Positions 48,001-61,300 of a DNA stretch of 64,000 nucleotides are shown here, one piece after another; the stretch's first letter is position 1, and the number at the start of each line of letters is the position of its first letter. This stretch comes from Diplonema japonicum. Taxonomy: Eukaryota; Protista; Euglenozoa: Diplonemea. Location: NCBI GenBank assembly GCA_964019335.1, contig OZ025691.1, positions 484,998 to 548,997 of the forward strand. Direction: 5' to 3'. The position numbers and the translations under genes are program-made. Below the pieces are notes generated by a model. It was not told the origin of the DNA and did no database searches. It saw only the letters and a program-made list of their open reading frames with translations.

Positions 48001-51000
48001 ACTGTGTGTCCTGGGGTTGGGGGCTTAGGGATCTGTTCGGGACACGGTGCATGTGAAGATGGCAGATCAGGAACGGGCCGTTGTGTGTGCGAATGGGGTT
48101 ATGCTGGTTCTGCATGTGATGTAGTTTGCACAGGAGGGTACGTGCTCCCATGTAATGGTAGGGGCAAGTGCCAGCAAGGCGACCCAGGTCCGCCCCTTAT
48201 CATCGCAGGGTCATGCATTTGCTCTGAGAACGATGTCGAGGGCTATTGGGCTACACCGGATTGCGCGTCTTGTCTGATTGGGTGGTCAGGAACGAAGTGT
48301 AACATCAGGTGCCCAGTGAAAAATGGTCTTGCGTGCTCTGGCCATGGTCAATGCCAAGACGGGATCTGCTTCTGCGATACGGCACCCACACCTTTTTGCA
48401 CAGAGAACTGTGAAATAAGTGGATTCTCAGCTTGCACTGCTTATTTGTGCCCTAGCGGCTACTGGAGTCCTGATTGCTCGTCTGAGTGTGTCGGGGGTGC
48501 TTCAAATCCGTGTTCTGGACACGGCAACTGCCGCGATGGCAAAGCAGGCGACGGGAAATGCACTTGCTTCAGCGGGTACGCGACGGAAGACTGCAGCAAG
48601 GTTTGTGATGGGGGTGCCCTGTATCCTTGCGGCAACGGGTTTTGTGATGCTAACACCGGTAAGTGCACTTGTAAAAGTGGCTTTGCAGGGTTTGACTGCA
48701 GCATTGCATGCCAGGGAGGTGCAGGAACTCCTTGTAGCGGGCATGGCGTCTGCGACGCAGGTGCGTATCTCAGAGGAAGCCCACCGTCACCTGGTACTGG
48801 TGAATGCATGTGCGAAAAAGGATATGCTGGGTCAGCCTGTGACATAGTGTGCCAAGGTGGAGCCGCTACTCCGTGCAACTCACACGGTATCTGCAACCCT
48901 TCAGACGGCAGTTGCCAATGCTATCGAGACACAACGAATGGGTTTTGGGAAGGAGTACAATGCGACAGATGCGTGCAGCGTTATTCAGGAGAGAAGTGTC
49001 TGACACCTTGTCTTTATGGCGACTCGCAGAATGGCGTGTGTGTGTGCAACCCTGGGTATGCCAACGCCAACTGCTCTGCAGAATGTTCTGGGTACCTTTC
49101 TGAGGGGTACAACCAAGTATGTGCTGGCCACGGTGTTTGTGACGAAGGTAATCAGGGCGATGGTAGTTGTACATGCGACATGGGATATGTTGGTTCGTTT
49201 TGTAACTTAGAGTGTCCGGGTAGGACGAGCACTTCCCCCTGCTCTGGCCACGGCACTTGTGACCTTGTAACTGCCGTTTGTTCCTGCTATAGTTCTTCGA
49301 TATTGGGCCACTGGGCTAGTAAAGACTGCTCCACATGCGACACAGGGTGGTTCTCTGGAAACTGTGACCAAACGTGTCCTTCTTCGGAACCCCACCCTGT
49401 GCTGTGCTCTGGGCATGGTGAGTGCGACCCTGTCAAAATCAACTGCATATGTTTCTTGAATAACACCGCTGGCTACTGGGATGGTTATGATTGTCGAGAA
49501 TGTGCTTCTGGTTATTGGGGTGAATACTGCCAAAACGAGTGTGCAGGTGGTGCTTGCAAACCGTGCAGTGGGCACGGTTCGTGCTTTGACGGTGTGTGTC
49601 CAGGTGGGGTGTGTGAAAACTTGCGCGGCACATGCAACTGCACCCAAAACGATGTCAACGGCTACTGGACTGGGACCCAGTGTGATTCTTGCGTGACAGG
49701 CTATTATTCGAGCTCCTGTGCTTCTGTCTGTCCTGGGGGTGTGTTGAACGTGTGCAGCAAACGAGGCACCTGCGCAGAAGGGCAGTACGGTGACGGGAAG
49801 TGCCTGTGTGAGTATGCTTCAGACACAGGCTACTGGGGCCGTGATGGCTGTCAGGACTGCTGGGTCGGGTTTTATGGCATTGGCTGCAAATCAGCTTGCC
49901 CAGGAAATATAAAGAATCTCCCCATCACATGTAGCGGACAAGGGAAATGCGATGATGGCGAAACAGGAACAGGAGTCTGCACGTGTGACCCTGGTTATGC
50001 TGGTATCGATTGTGGTATTGCGTGTCCCCGCCATAAACTGCCAAAGATGGAATCGCCTATCGTGTGTACCGGGCATGGTACATGTTCTGATGGGACCGAT
50101 GGTGATGGTCTTTGCTCGTGCACCACTGATGCAGCCTTGGGTAAATGGGAGGGACTAGCTTGTAGTGTGTGTCAGAGTGGCTATTGGGGCGATTTCTGCC
50201 TTAATGAGTGCCCTGGTGGCCATCTGACATCCTGCAGTGGCCACGGCACATGTAATGATGGAACAGGTGGTGATGGTACATGCACGTGTTTCTTCGGCTG
50301 GTCTCTGTCGGACTGCTCCCGCGAATGCGATGGTGGTAATGCGCGTCCCTGCTTTGGGAGGGGCATCTGCCGACCTGCTGATGGTAGCTGCGAATGTTAT
50401 GCATCCCCCGCGAAGGGCTACTGGAGCGGTGCCAAATGCAATGCTTGTGCTTACGGGTGGTCTGGTGCACAGTGCGATCTGCAATGTCCGCACAACGGGA
50501 CAAACACGGAACCTGGTGTACCGTGCTCTGGTGTTGGCATCTGTCGCGAGGGTGCATGTTACTCATGCGAAGCCGGGCACTGCAATTCGCAAACTACAAA
50601 AGCGTGTCAGTTGTCAGGTGCCGAATGTTTAGTCCACCAGTGCGGCACTGTAGGACAATGGGGCTCAAGTTGTGAGAATGAATGCCCTGGTGGGATAGGT
50701 GTGGCTACGTGCAGTGGGAGGGGTGTGTGCTCTGACGGTAAATTGGGCAATGGTTTGTGTGCTTGTAATCCAGGGTACATGTTCGCTGACTGCAGCAAGG
50801 AGTGCCCAGGAGGCGCTTCTACGCCATGCACCAACCAGGGTTTATGTGATACTATTTTGGGTGTTTGCAAATGTTTCCAGGGTTATGCCAAGAAGGCTTG
50901 TGAAGTGGAGTGTCCCGGCGGTTATTATAATCCTTGCAATGGGCACGGGAAGTGTGACGATGGCTCCTCACGTAACGGCACATGTACATGCGACTTCGGG

Positions 51001-54000
51001 TGGGCTGGCGAGGCTTGCAACATTGAATGCACAGGGGGAGCGCTCCAGCCATGTTCAGGTCATGGAGAATGCTCGAAGGTAAGTGGGAACTGCACGTGCT
51101 TCGCAAACAACAAGGCCGGGTATTGGGAAGGCGCAAATTGCGAATTATGCCAACAAGGTTATTATGAGGCTAACTGCACGTCACCTTGTTACCATGGAAA
51201 GACGGTGGCAACAACTGACGGGTCACCTGGAGGGATATGTCAGTGTGACCAGTTCTGGGCACGATTGGCTTGTGACTACCCCTGCCCAACAAGCAATGAC
51301 ACTGCTGCATTGCCGTGCTCTGGCAATGGTTACTGTCTTGATGGGCATCAGACCATTGGGGAGTGTGTGTGTGACCAGAACTACTATAGCACTAACTGTG
51401 AAACATATTGCCACCCTGAGACGTTTTGTACGGAGCTTGCCCACGCCCAATGCAATCCTATTACTGGTGCATGCGAGTGTCTGGACAGTGCTGACGGACA
51501 CTGGGCAGGTACTAAATGTGACGAGTGCAAGCGGTTTTTCTGGGGCGACTTGTGTACAAAATCATGTTTATGCTTCAATCACGGTACTTGTGACAGAGGT
51601 ACAGGTACGTGCAACTGTTTCCAGAACCCGACAGACGGTTACTGGTCAGGCGTGAGTTGCAGCGTGTGTGCTGATGGCTACGTTGGGTTCGAGTGCTTGT
51701 CGAGGAATGTGAGAATCACGAGGACAGCTGACATTGCAACTCCTGTGAGGTTTAAAATGAAAGTGACAGGAGAGGGAAAACATCTGACAGACACGCTGTA
51801 CCGTCTGTCGTATGTAGGTGGCCGCCCAGTGCTGCTATTTGATGCCGCAGAGAATATGATTGACAGTATGGATCTGAACGCTGCGGTGGTCGACGGGTGG
51901 GTAGGCACGGAAATGATATTCCTGCTCACAAGCGACGATCTCATATATACCTTTTGGAGGGGGAAGACTTCCCTTGCCACGGCACTAACTGGCAGCCCTG
52001 TCGTTTCGGGGAACCTTGTCTCATCGTCAACTGTAGTGGTAGGTGCTGGGAGACATGCTAAGCTCTTGCAGCGCCCATTTAACATGTCAAGGCCATGGGA
52101 AGCAGACAAGCGCTTCGAGTTGCCTCCTGAAGAAGCAAAACGGATCTTGAGCCGCGTGCCCTATGGGGAGGAACTCAACATTCCGCTGCCGAAAGCAACT
52201 AAGAGTAGAGAGTACTACACCCAAGCCAACTTGGGACTTAAGTTAGTAAGAAGCATCACAGATGCAAGCCAAGATCTTGTGTACTTGGTGTGGACAGGAA
52301 GCAACGGAAGACAGATTCACTACCAAAGGTCTTCTACACTTAGCTTGGTGCGCATTGTTGACATTTCTGGTCACATAGATTCTATCTCCGATGTTGTTTT
52401 CTATAGCAGTAGAGGGCAGCTGTGTCTTGCAGGGTCTAGAGCTGGGTCGTGGGAAGTTATTCTATTTCAAACCGCAACGCTTGTCCCGACCGGGCTGTCT
52501 TTGAGGTTTGTAATACCCCAGTGCGAGTCGTGCACAGATGCTGTAGCAGTCCAGCAGTCAGGCGCAGAGCTGTTTGTATCGCTGAAAATCCTGAACGGCC
52601 TTAAGCTTGCCAAGATCGGGTTACTGACAGGACAGGTGGTGCAGTACGATACACTACGTAATCAGAAGACAAATGCCATCACAGTGACAGCAATGGCGCT
52701 TGATTCCTTGAGCGGGGCGGGTTTCCTCTTTGCTCACATGGACTCCGAACCAACAACCGTCTACAAGTTCTTGATGAACACCTTGTTCATCTACGGGACT
52801 ATTAAATTCTTCAGTACCGGAACTGCCGTTGAGCGTGTCATTTCTGTTACCCTAGATGAGTATGTAAATTGGGTTTATTCAACTAAAACAGCCTGGCACG
52901 GAGCATCTTGTGCTTAGCATCAGTTGGAGCAAATATTAAAATTATAAAATTGAACACATTTGCACTTCACGAATTCGTTCCCTACATAGCTGACACACGG
53001 GGCGGCACGCTCATCACTATCACCGGAGAAGGCTTCGTCCAGCTGGGGACAACGTGCTGCAAGTTTGGAAGCGGCTCCTCGGTATGTTCTTTTAAGGTTT
53101 CATCTCACACGCAGACGTACGTGAGCAAGGCAGTTTCGAATACGGGAACAGTCATCATCTGCGCTGCACCGGAGGACGCTGGCAGTGGAGGCAGCTGCGG
53201 TGGGCAGTTGCTGGAGGTTAGTTTGCATGGATCTGCCGGTGTATGCACCGTGAACACTCCTGGGTGGTCCATGAACCTGTTGACTGTGCTGCGTGTGCCA
53301 ACAGCTACAGTGGTGTCAGTGTCTCCGCAGTTCCACACGTTTCAAGGTGAGACCATAGTCACCCTGACGGGCATAGGTTTTGTTGACAGTGACTACTTGG
53401 GTTGCAAGTGGTTCTCTGCCAGCTCACCTAAAGACCCTCCGTACGGCGATGCTGTCTATGCCCGCAAGGATCCGAGGTACTTGAGTGATGCGACAAATCC
53501 AATGCATAATGTTACATACATCAACAGTTTCAAGATCCTGTGCAAACAGCCACCCTCTGTCAACCAACAGGCCAGCCAGATTCCAGCGTATTTGGAAGTA
53601 TCAATTGACAACCAGAAGTACTCAGAGAGCAATGTGCGATATGCTATCTATGGGCGCCCTGCCGGCCTCAAAGCAAGCAAGTCTGCTGTTCAGGTGCTAG
53701 CAGATATCGAATCTGTGATCGAACCCATGCGCATCCTCACTGTCGACAACGTGGGACACGACTTGCTCATTTATGACCGTGACGACAAGAAGGTGCCGTA
53801 TGAGCGCATCATCAACATGCGCTTGACAAACTTGCTGGTGGACGAGAACTCAAACAACGCTAGCACTATTTCAGTCACGGGTCTCGAATCGCATCGAATG
53901 GTTAACGGTGAAACAGAATTCACGAACGTCACGCTCCCTAAGCCCCCCACAGGGACGGTTGAGGCGGAGTTCACACATGTGGTTCGTGGGTATTACTTCA

Positions 54001-57000
54001 ACACGACGACAGCTGTGTTGGAGACGCACATCATTGACGTGTGGAAGACAAATATCATCATAACCATCACGTCTGGCAGGGCAGTAGCACTCAACATCGC
54101 CAAACAGCCCTCAAATGTGTCAAACCATGCAACCGATCTACCTCTGACAGTTCAACCAGAACTCGAATTTTTGGACCCTGCAGAAAATATCGTAACAAAG
54201 CCTCTAGTTGCTACGATTGGTGTGGTAGCGGAGTGGATGGCTTTCATATGGAAGGATGAAACGCAGAATGCAACGGAAGCCAAACTGTGCCAACGACCAG
54301 GCTTGTGCCCCTGCGTACCTGACGATTTGAAAAGTTTGAATTACTCCTATGCACCCGTGGATGCAGAAGCATGTTGGAGCTCCCTTAAATCCTCAGGTAC
54401 GACGCCTACCTTCATGGACAAGTATGGAAAAGTCACGTTCAGGGATGTAAAGCTTGTGGGATTCCATGGGGTGATCTACAAGCTGCGGTTCAGAGTAACA
54501 GTCCCGGCTGATGTTGGCGAGACCATCGCTCCTGTGACGTCGCACTTTATCCACGTGGGCACTTGCTCACCTGCATCGAGTAGCTATGGTCTTGAGTTCT
54601 CGGAAACATGCAATGCATGCCCCGCCAACGCTATCTGCAATGGCACAGTGCACATTAAGGGCATTAGTGATTACTGGCGTGCTACAAACCTCACAACTAC
54701 ATTCTATTCCTGTAATGCAGGGGTCTGCAATTCGGACACTGTGTGCAACGTAACAGGGTGTACCGACCCCTGTGCACCAGGACATGTAGGCGTACAGTGC
54801 TCTGTTTGCATGCAAGGGTACGGGAATTCTAACGGGTTATGCCAAGAATGCCCCGACAAGGATCAGGTATGAAATGGCATCATTGTAACAACTTCGCAGA
54901 CGAACCTCACTATTGTGTTGTTTGTGATCATAGTATGTGTGGTTCTGTCGATGGTCGTAAGGAGCAACTTGAAGATTAAAGGCCGAAAGGAGAAGAACCT
55001 CCCTATCCTTATTAAGATGTTGATCACGCATTTACAGATCTCGTCTCGCATTGGCGAATTCGGAACACAGTTCCCAGGCCTCATGCAGCAGATTTACTCA
55101 ACACAAAGTTCCGCATCATCTGCTTCGATGAACACCGTCTTCCTTGACTGCGCTAGTATGTTCTTTTTTGCATCAAACAACGAACACCAGGTGGTGGCGG
55201 CATGTCGCAGTACCCGAAGTTCCTCGGCTACATGTTTGTCCCCTTGGGCATCATTGGTTTCAGTTTCATAGTTGCGCTGGCCATCGTGAATATTAGAAAG
55301 ATGGAGGATGCCCTGGAAGTGAGGAAGAAAGAGGCCGAGAGCGAGCGAAAGAGAAAGCTCAAGCTCGCAAACAAGGGACTGAGTAGAAACTACTATGGGA
55401 TAGCTCATGAGTTAGCAGATGACACCGACTCTTCTGTTTCGAGCGACGGAGACATGCAACCACGGGCACTGGCCCATATGGGCGATGACAATGAAGATGC
55501 CGAAGAGGAAGAAGAAGAAGAAGAGACAGAGGCACTTGAAGAAGAGCCGAAGCAGAAGATTGCTCTCAAAAGGCCCAAGGTGCGCAACCCTGACTTCGGT
55601 AACAAGCTTACCCACTGGGATGCTGAGCCTCAGAAACTAAAAAGAAAAAGCATCCATGAAACATTTGAGTATGTCGCAAGAACAATTGTGTTATGTTGCA
55701 CAGCGCGCTAGTACCGCAGAACGAAGAAACTCTTGACGAGATTGCTGGCAGGCGGGGAACGCTAACAGAGATACAGCGCAAGCGGCTAGAGCGGGGCAGA
55801 GGCATGCTGCAGACGTGGCTGCTCGCATTCATCATTGTGCTGTACTTCGTGTATCCCAATCTCATTCAGGTGTGTACTTCGTTTTCTCGCACCTTTAACA
55901 GGAGTCGTCGCAGATGCTTCGCTGCGTGCCTATCCACTACGAGAATGACGTGCCTTACAGGTGGCCTGACTCACGCCGCCCTGAGGTAGCAACCAGGCAG
56001 GCTGACGTTGGGAGAACAGAAACATATTTAGCCATCGACAAAGGAATCAACTGCAACACGCAGGAGTATCAGTACTACAGGATGCTTGCCGTCATCTTCG
56101 CGATGGGTTACGGGGTAGGCATCCCATTGTTGGCTGCTGCAATTGTCCGCGTTGCAATTGTGAAGAAGAACTTTGCTAGCGCGACTCGGGCATTTGGATT
56201 CCTGCTAATGGGGTACAGGGAGGACCGCTGGTACTGGGAGGCTGTTGTCATGATACGCAAGCTTGCTGTCGTGTTCATCGTTGTTTTTATTCAAGATGTA
56301 AGACTGCAGACATATGTTGGCATGTGGGTCATGTCACTGGCTCTTATTGTGCACTTGTGGTGCAGACCTTACGATTCCAGCCTTCTGATTAACTTGGAGG
56401 CCTTCTCTTTGTCTGTCATTATCGCTACCCTTAACTTCTCACTCTTGTACCACTGGGACCTGGAGCCCATCTACAACATTGGCTTGACCATCGCGCTTGC
56501 GACAGCCACTGCTGCTGTCATGTTCTTATTCGCTTACTTTCTTGCAATCGAAGGGTTGAAGAAACTAGGTGAAGTCTTAAACAAGCTGAAAGCGCAGATC
56601 TCAAATAGTGCTACGCGTGCTAAGGATCGTGTCATGTCCGTCGTACGAAGGAAGACGACAACGGTGCAGGAGGATGAGGACGCTCTTGACGAGGAAGCAA
56701 GGAAGCTAGCAGGAACACGAATGGTGACGCACGCCAGCACATTACCTGACTTCGATAGGCTGACATTGCTGTCGAAGCTATTTGTGCTGCGGGGTGGTCT
56801 TCAAAGGCAGGATGGAGACTACGAAGATGAAGAAGAAGAAGAGTTTGAGGAAGAGGAAGAAGAGGAGGAGCATGAAAGTGAGCGGAAGGCCGTCCACAAC
56901 GCTAACCCTTGGAAAGGCATCGTGGCGGGTAACGTGCTTCCAGGTGTTCAGAAGGCAGATATGTATCCGAGTGCACCAGTCCCAACAGCTCCAGACACTT

Positions 57001-57386
57001 CAGAAGCAGCCAACGAGAGGTTGCGCGTGAAACTTAAGAAGTACAAAGATGACGAAGACGTTTCCCTAGACCCCGTCATCACTGATTTGATTCTCGACCG
57101 CATCAAGTGCGACATGAATGCCTCGGACAACACACGCTACACGCGCAAGGAAGCCAAGACAGAAGCCATCGAGGGAAACCCTATCCATGCTGCATACATG
57201 TTCTGCCACCTTAAAAAAGAAGGAATCACTTCATTAGCCGGCATCTCCGATGCCGATTCCCAAATGAACTTGGACAACATGGAATGGGGTAAATCACACA
57301 CCAAGGAGTTCTGCACTAGGGGAAGGGACATCTCCGCCCTTGAGTTCCGTAACCTTTGGTCACAAGCTCTGATGGAGTACTACTGA
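33076..57386 (+). CDS. Giant (~8,036 aa) cell-surface protein: signal peptide, Cys-rich/EGF repeats, Ig-like beta region, S/T mucin-like segment, IPT/TIG-like domains, ~2,700 aa of EGF/laminin-EGF repeats, multi-pass TM region, acidic tail; introns 52860-52891, 53082-53114, 54867-54899, 55156-55190, 55669-55703, 55870-55901
   Basis: The 6,613-aa ORF joins in frame to ORFs 52908, 54915, 55202, 55693 and 55914 through six 32-35-nt introns (24,111 nt CDS). It carries CPGG..PCSGHG.C..G..G.G.C.C..GY.G..C repeats, GG...ITITGEGF IPT-like motifs, and the TM motif GFLLMGYREDRWYWEAVVMIRK...RPY. Confidence 0.88.
43555..51700 (+). repeat. Protein-level tandem EGF/laminin-EGF-like repeat block within the giant gene
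   Basis: Dozens of ~40-50-aa Cys/Gly-rich units (CSGHG.C, GYW.G..C..C..G..G..C), diverged at the DNA level. Boundaries are approximate. Confidence 0.85.
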
Positions 57387-57501
57387 CAATGTTTACACAT
57401 CGTCCTCATCGTCCTTTAAGCCTTTTATTGCTGATTTAATTAAGGTTCGTGTTGAGATTTCAGTCATTCCATTCTATTTCATTATTCAACAGACAGCCAA
57501 C

Positions 57502-58095
57502 ATGGGGAGGAAAGAAATATGGCTGGTGCGACACGCGGAAGGGGAACACAACGTGAAGGATAGGAAGGTAAAGTTTAGCTTCGACCCACCACTGACAAAC
57601 GAAGGGTGGAGGCAGGCGTGGGAAATGCATGAGAGATTGAAGGGTGATGGTGGAGTGGACTTGATATGTGTCAGTCCCTTGCGACGCACGCTGCAGACTG
57701 CGGATGCCTTGTTTAGAAACGAGAGGTGCGAGAAGGTGGCTATTGAAGACCTCCGTGAACGGACCATGAGCAGCTGCAACTGGCGCCGTAGTGTGGACGA
57801 ACAAGAGCAGGACTTCCCCGATGTTGACTACAGCGCCATTGAAAGGGGCCAGGACCCACGGCTCCACAGGCGAGACGAGACACCCGAGTCGGTGTATCGT
57901 AGAAGCCTGAGGTTCCTTCAGTGGCTGAGCCGCCAGCCAGAGTCACGAGTTGCCATAGTTACTCATTGGCAGGTGCTGTATCACGGTCTCATGCCCCTTA
58001 TGTGTCCGTCTTCCGGTGACAAGCAGCGACGCTTCAAGAACTGCGAAGTACGATGCTTTGTCTGGGAGTACGAAGTAGACCGTGCCCACCGCTAA
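57502..58095 (+). CDS. Histidine phosphatase / phosphoglycerate-mutase-like protein, 197 aa
   Basis: LVRHAEGEHN, DPPLT..G, SPLRRTLQTA, LRE and AIVTH motifs. Confidence 0.9.
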   Translation: MGRKEIWLVRHAEGEHNVKDRKVKFSFDPPLTNEGWRQAWEMHERLKGDGGVDLICVSPLRRTLQTADALFRNERCEKVAIEDLRERTMSSCNWRRSVDEQEQDFPDVDYSAIERGQDPRLHRRDETPESVYRRSLRFLQWLSRQPESRVAIVTHWQVLYHGLMPLMCPSSGDKQRRFKNCEVRCFVWEYEVDRAHR

Positions 58096-58324
58096 CCCGG
58101 GCGTCGCCGAGCATAAGGAAGGCGATTTTACTTTACTTCTCATCCTTTTTAATTATTGATCTCTTTCGCAATATTTGATAAACTTATAAGCCCGGTCCTG
58201 TGGCACCTATTCTCCCAGAAACCTCTCAGAAGCTTGCTTCACAGGCTCATTTAGTAGTAGTATTCTTTTATTTATTTTGTTGTGTCTTGTCTTGCCTTAG
58301 CCCCTGGCCAGCCACTCAGGCACC

Positions 58325-61300
58325 ATGACAACGACGGCCAAGGCGTTGGGCGAGAGGACGGCAGCTGAACTTGGGATCGATCTGCCCAGGCGGGTGTTGC
58401 TTAAGTTCACAGCAGATCAGCCTTCGCTGACTATGTCGTTGAAAGTGCGGCCACGGTTCTTAGTCGTCGAGGACAACAAAATACAAGCATACGCTAGTAA
58501 GGAGGTGTTCGAAAGACGTGGGGCAGAGGTGACTTTGTGCTTTAACGGGAGAGACGCCTTGAATCGACTGGAAGAAGATGTATACGATGCTGTGTTTATG
58601 GACATTGAGATGCCTGTTATGAGTGGTGTTGAAGCAGCTGCGCGGATACGGTCTGCGGAGATTCGCACGTCAAGAAACTGCAATCAAGCACGGCAAATGC
58701 TGATCTTTGGTGTACTCCCCGCACCCCTGCACACACCCGACTGTCTTGGCATCTGCCGAGACGCTGGGATGGACAGGTACGTAATGAAGCCCCTCGTCTT
58801 ACACGCAAATATGTTTTGTAATATGTTCCGAGGTGACACGGGTGACCTGGTCGAGTTCCGTACTGCAGTCCTACAACAGCACTGGGTGTCTCGGTATAAT
58901 GACATTAAGAAGATGTTCGCTTCCCCTTCTGTGGGGACTGCGGAGTACGCGGCCTTCGCGGGGGAGGTCGAGAGGCGTCAGCTGGATTTGATATCATCCT
59001 ACAATGAAGAGGCGGCTGAGCGTTCTGAGCACCTGAAATACTTCTCCAGACAGAAAGCAGAAGAGATCACTAGTCTGATGTATAGGAACGAGGTTCTGGA
59101 ACGTAAGCTGTTCGAGGCACAGCAGCGCGGGAGGGAACTTGAGGAGTCGAACCTGAATTCTGCAGTAGGGAAGACAAAGGAGAAGCTGCTCGCAGTATAC
59201 AAGTCTGCTACAATGGAAATGCCCAAAGAGAAGGATCAAAAGCCTAAGATTGAGATGCTGAACAGCCAGATCAAGGTATTAGACTTGCGATTGATTAAAT
59301 GCAAGCACGATTTGAAAAACACGATCAAGACTGGAAGACAGAAGATGAAAAAGAGAGAAGATGAAGCACTGAAGCGCATCCGGTACCTGGAAGGCAAGAA
59401 TCGGATAATTGAGTCGTATCTAATGCAACATGAAGATTGCCGCAGCTTGCTACTGCCTCAGAACTTCTACACCAATAAAGCATCTTCTGACAGTACAGTC
59501 GATTTGAAACAGTCCTACTTTGTGACTGAATTGGAGGAACTGCTGAAGATGCAACGTTATGACAATGACGCAGGATCCAAAGACGAAGAGGAAGAAGAAG
59601 CGGGAACACTCGTCGAACGCATTCTAAAGAAGGAACTTGACTTGTGGCGCCTAGTAACCAGTAGAGCTTCGGACGATACCAAGGCAGGATCTGTAAAGGA
59701 AAAGGTGCAGGAATGCGAAAAGGTGAGTGAAGACGAGCTTCGCGAAGAGCAAGAGGAAGTGGGTGAGGCGTTTTTTCTGACACAGCAGCAAGTGCCAGAT
59801 GGGACAGATGTGCCAGATGTTGAAGAGCACGTGGCTAAGACTGTTGCATTTCTGAAAGAGAAAAACATACCCACAGACAATTATGATGGTACTAGTGCTG
59901 TGTCCAAACTGGCCATGTGTACCAGCAACCTACGGTTTGCCATAAACAGCCTATCAGAAGAGGCGGCCCTTAGGGAAGCGGCGCTGAAGGCAAAGCTTGC
60001 TCAAGCAGAGGAGACAATTGACGATCTTCGCAAGTTGTTCCGTACGCAGCGCACGGTGTCTGAAGTCGCACGGTCATCTAAAAGCCAAGACTTGCCGAAG
60101 GACCTGTCATTCATATCTACGAAAGCTTCTATTTTCGAGCGACCAAAAAGCAGAAATGCATCTCGTACAGGCACACCTGCAGGAAGCCCTACTGCCGTTA
60201 AGTCTCCCAAGTCTCCGTTCAGTTCACTAAGTTGTACATTAGAATCAGCGCAGTTGGGGTTTTCTGGAAGGAATTCTAACATTGGCTCGCCTCGTGGTTC
60301 ACACAGTTCTCGAGGAAGTGCCTTGTCAGATGTCTCGTCGACTGACATGCAAAACGACGCAAGCAGGTTGGCTATGCAAGAGAGGTTTGAGATATCTCTG
60401 CACGAACAGATGAGTGAGAAACTTCAGAAGTATGAACAAGACCTTCGGGCGCAAATAGACCAACAGCGCAAGAACGCGACCGCTGTGCAAAACGAAGTGC
60501 GTGTGTCAGCCGAGCGAGAGTTGGAGCGTGTTAACACTGAGATACAATCAAAGCAGCTGGAATTAGATGGGTTGAAACAGCAGTGCCAGCAGCACCAGCA
60601 ACAATACGAGAAGCTGAAGCACGAAGTGGCCACTGAAGAAGCGAAGAGGGCAGATGTCATGCAAACACCAGCAGCACCTGCACTGCCGCCACCGACTCGA
60701 GCAAAGACACCCCAAGAAAAGAAGCGCTGGGCACCAAAGCCGCCTGCAAGGCATCAAGCTGATACTACCTTGAACCTCACGGGCAGCATGCCCAGAACGG
60801 TTTCACCAACTGTGGGAAAGCCGGTAATCAGAAATAAGATTAATCAACAGCATGACAAGCCCATCCAGCCTGATCTTCAACGTGCCCAACGAGAACCTAC
60901 TACCCAAGACGAAGGCATGGACAAGTTCCATGAAGCATGGCAAGGATCTTCGGGTGTGATGTCGGGTAGAGGTGCAGAATCACGGGATCAATCACATCTA
61001 AGTGGGAGCAGCGGGATTGATGCACCTAGTCTCGAGCATCTGCCAGACATAGCTTCTGCACAGGCATCTAAAGTACCGCCCCTTTATAGGCAGGAGGTCA
61101 CCTCGAAGAGTTTGTCACGTGAACAGTCACGTTCCTCGAATGAAGCGGACTTCACATCAGATATGGAAACACACTTCAAAGAGCTTTCGGAGCAGGTGCA
61201 GAATCGCAAGGCAAGCATACGGAAACCGAAGCAGGACAAAAGTGCAGCGTTTGCTCCTAGTGCTCCTGACAAGAACAGAAAGCAGGACATAAAGAAATAC

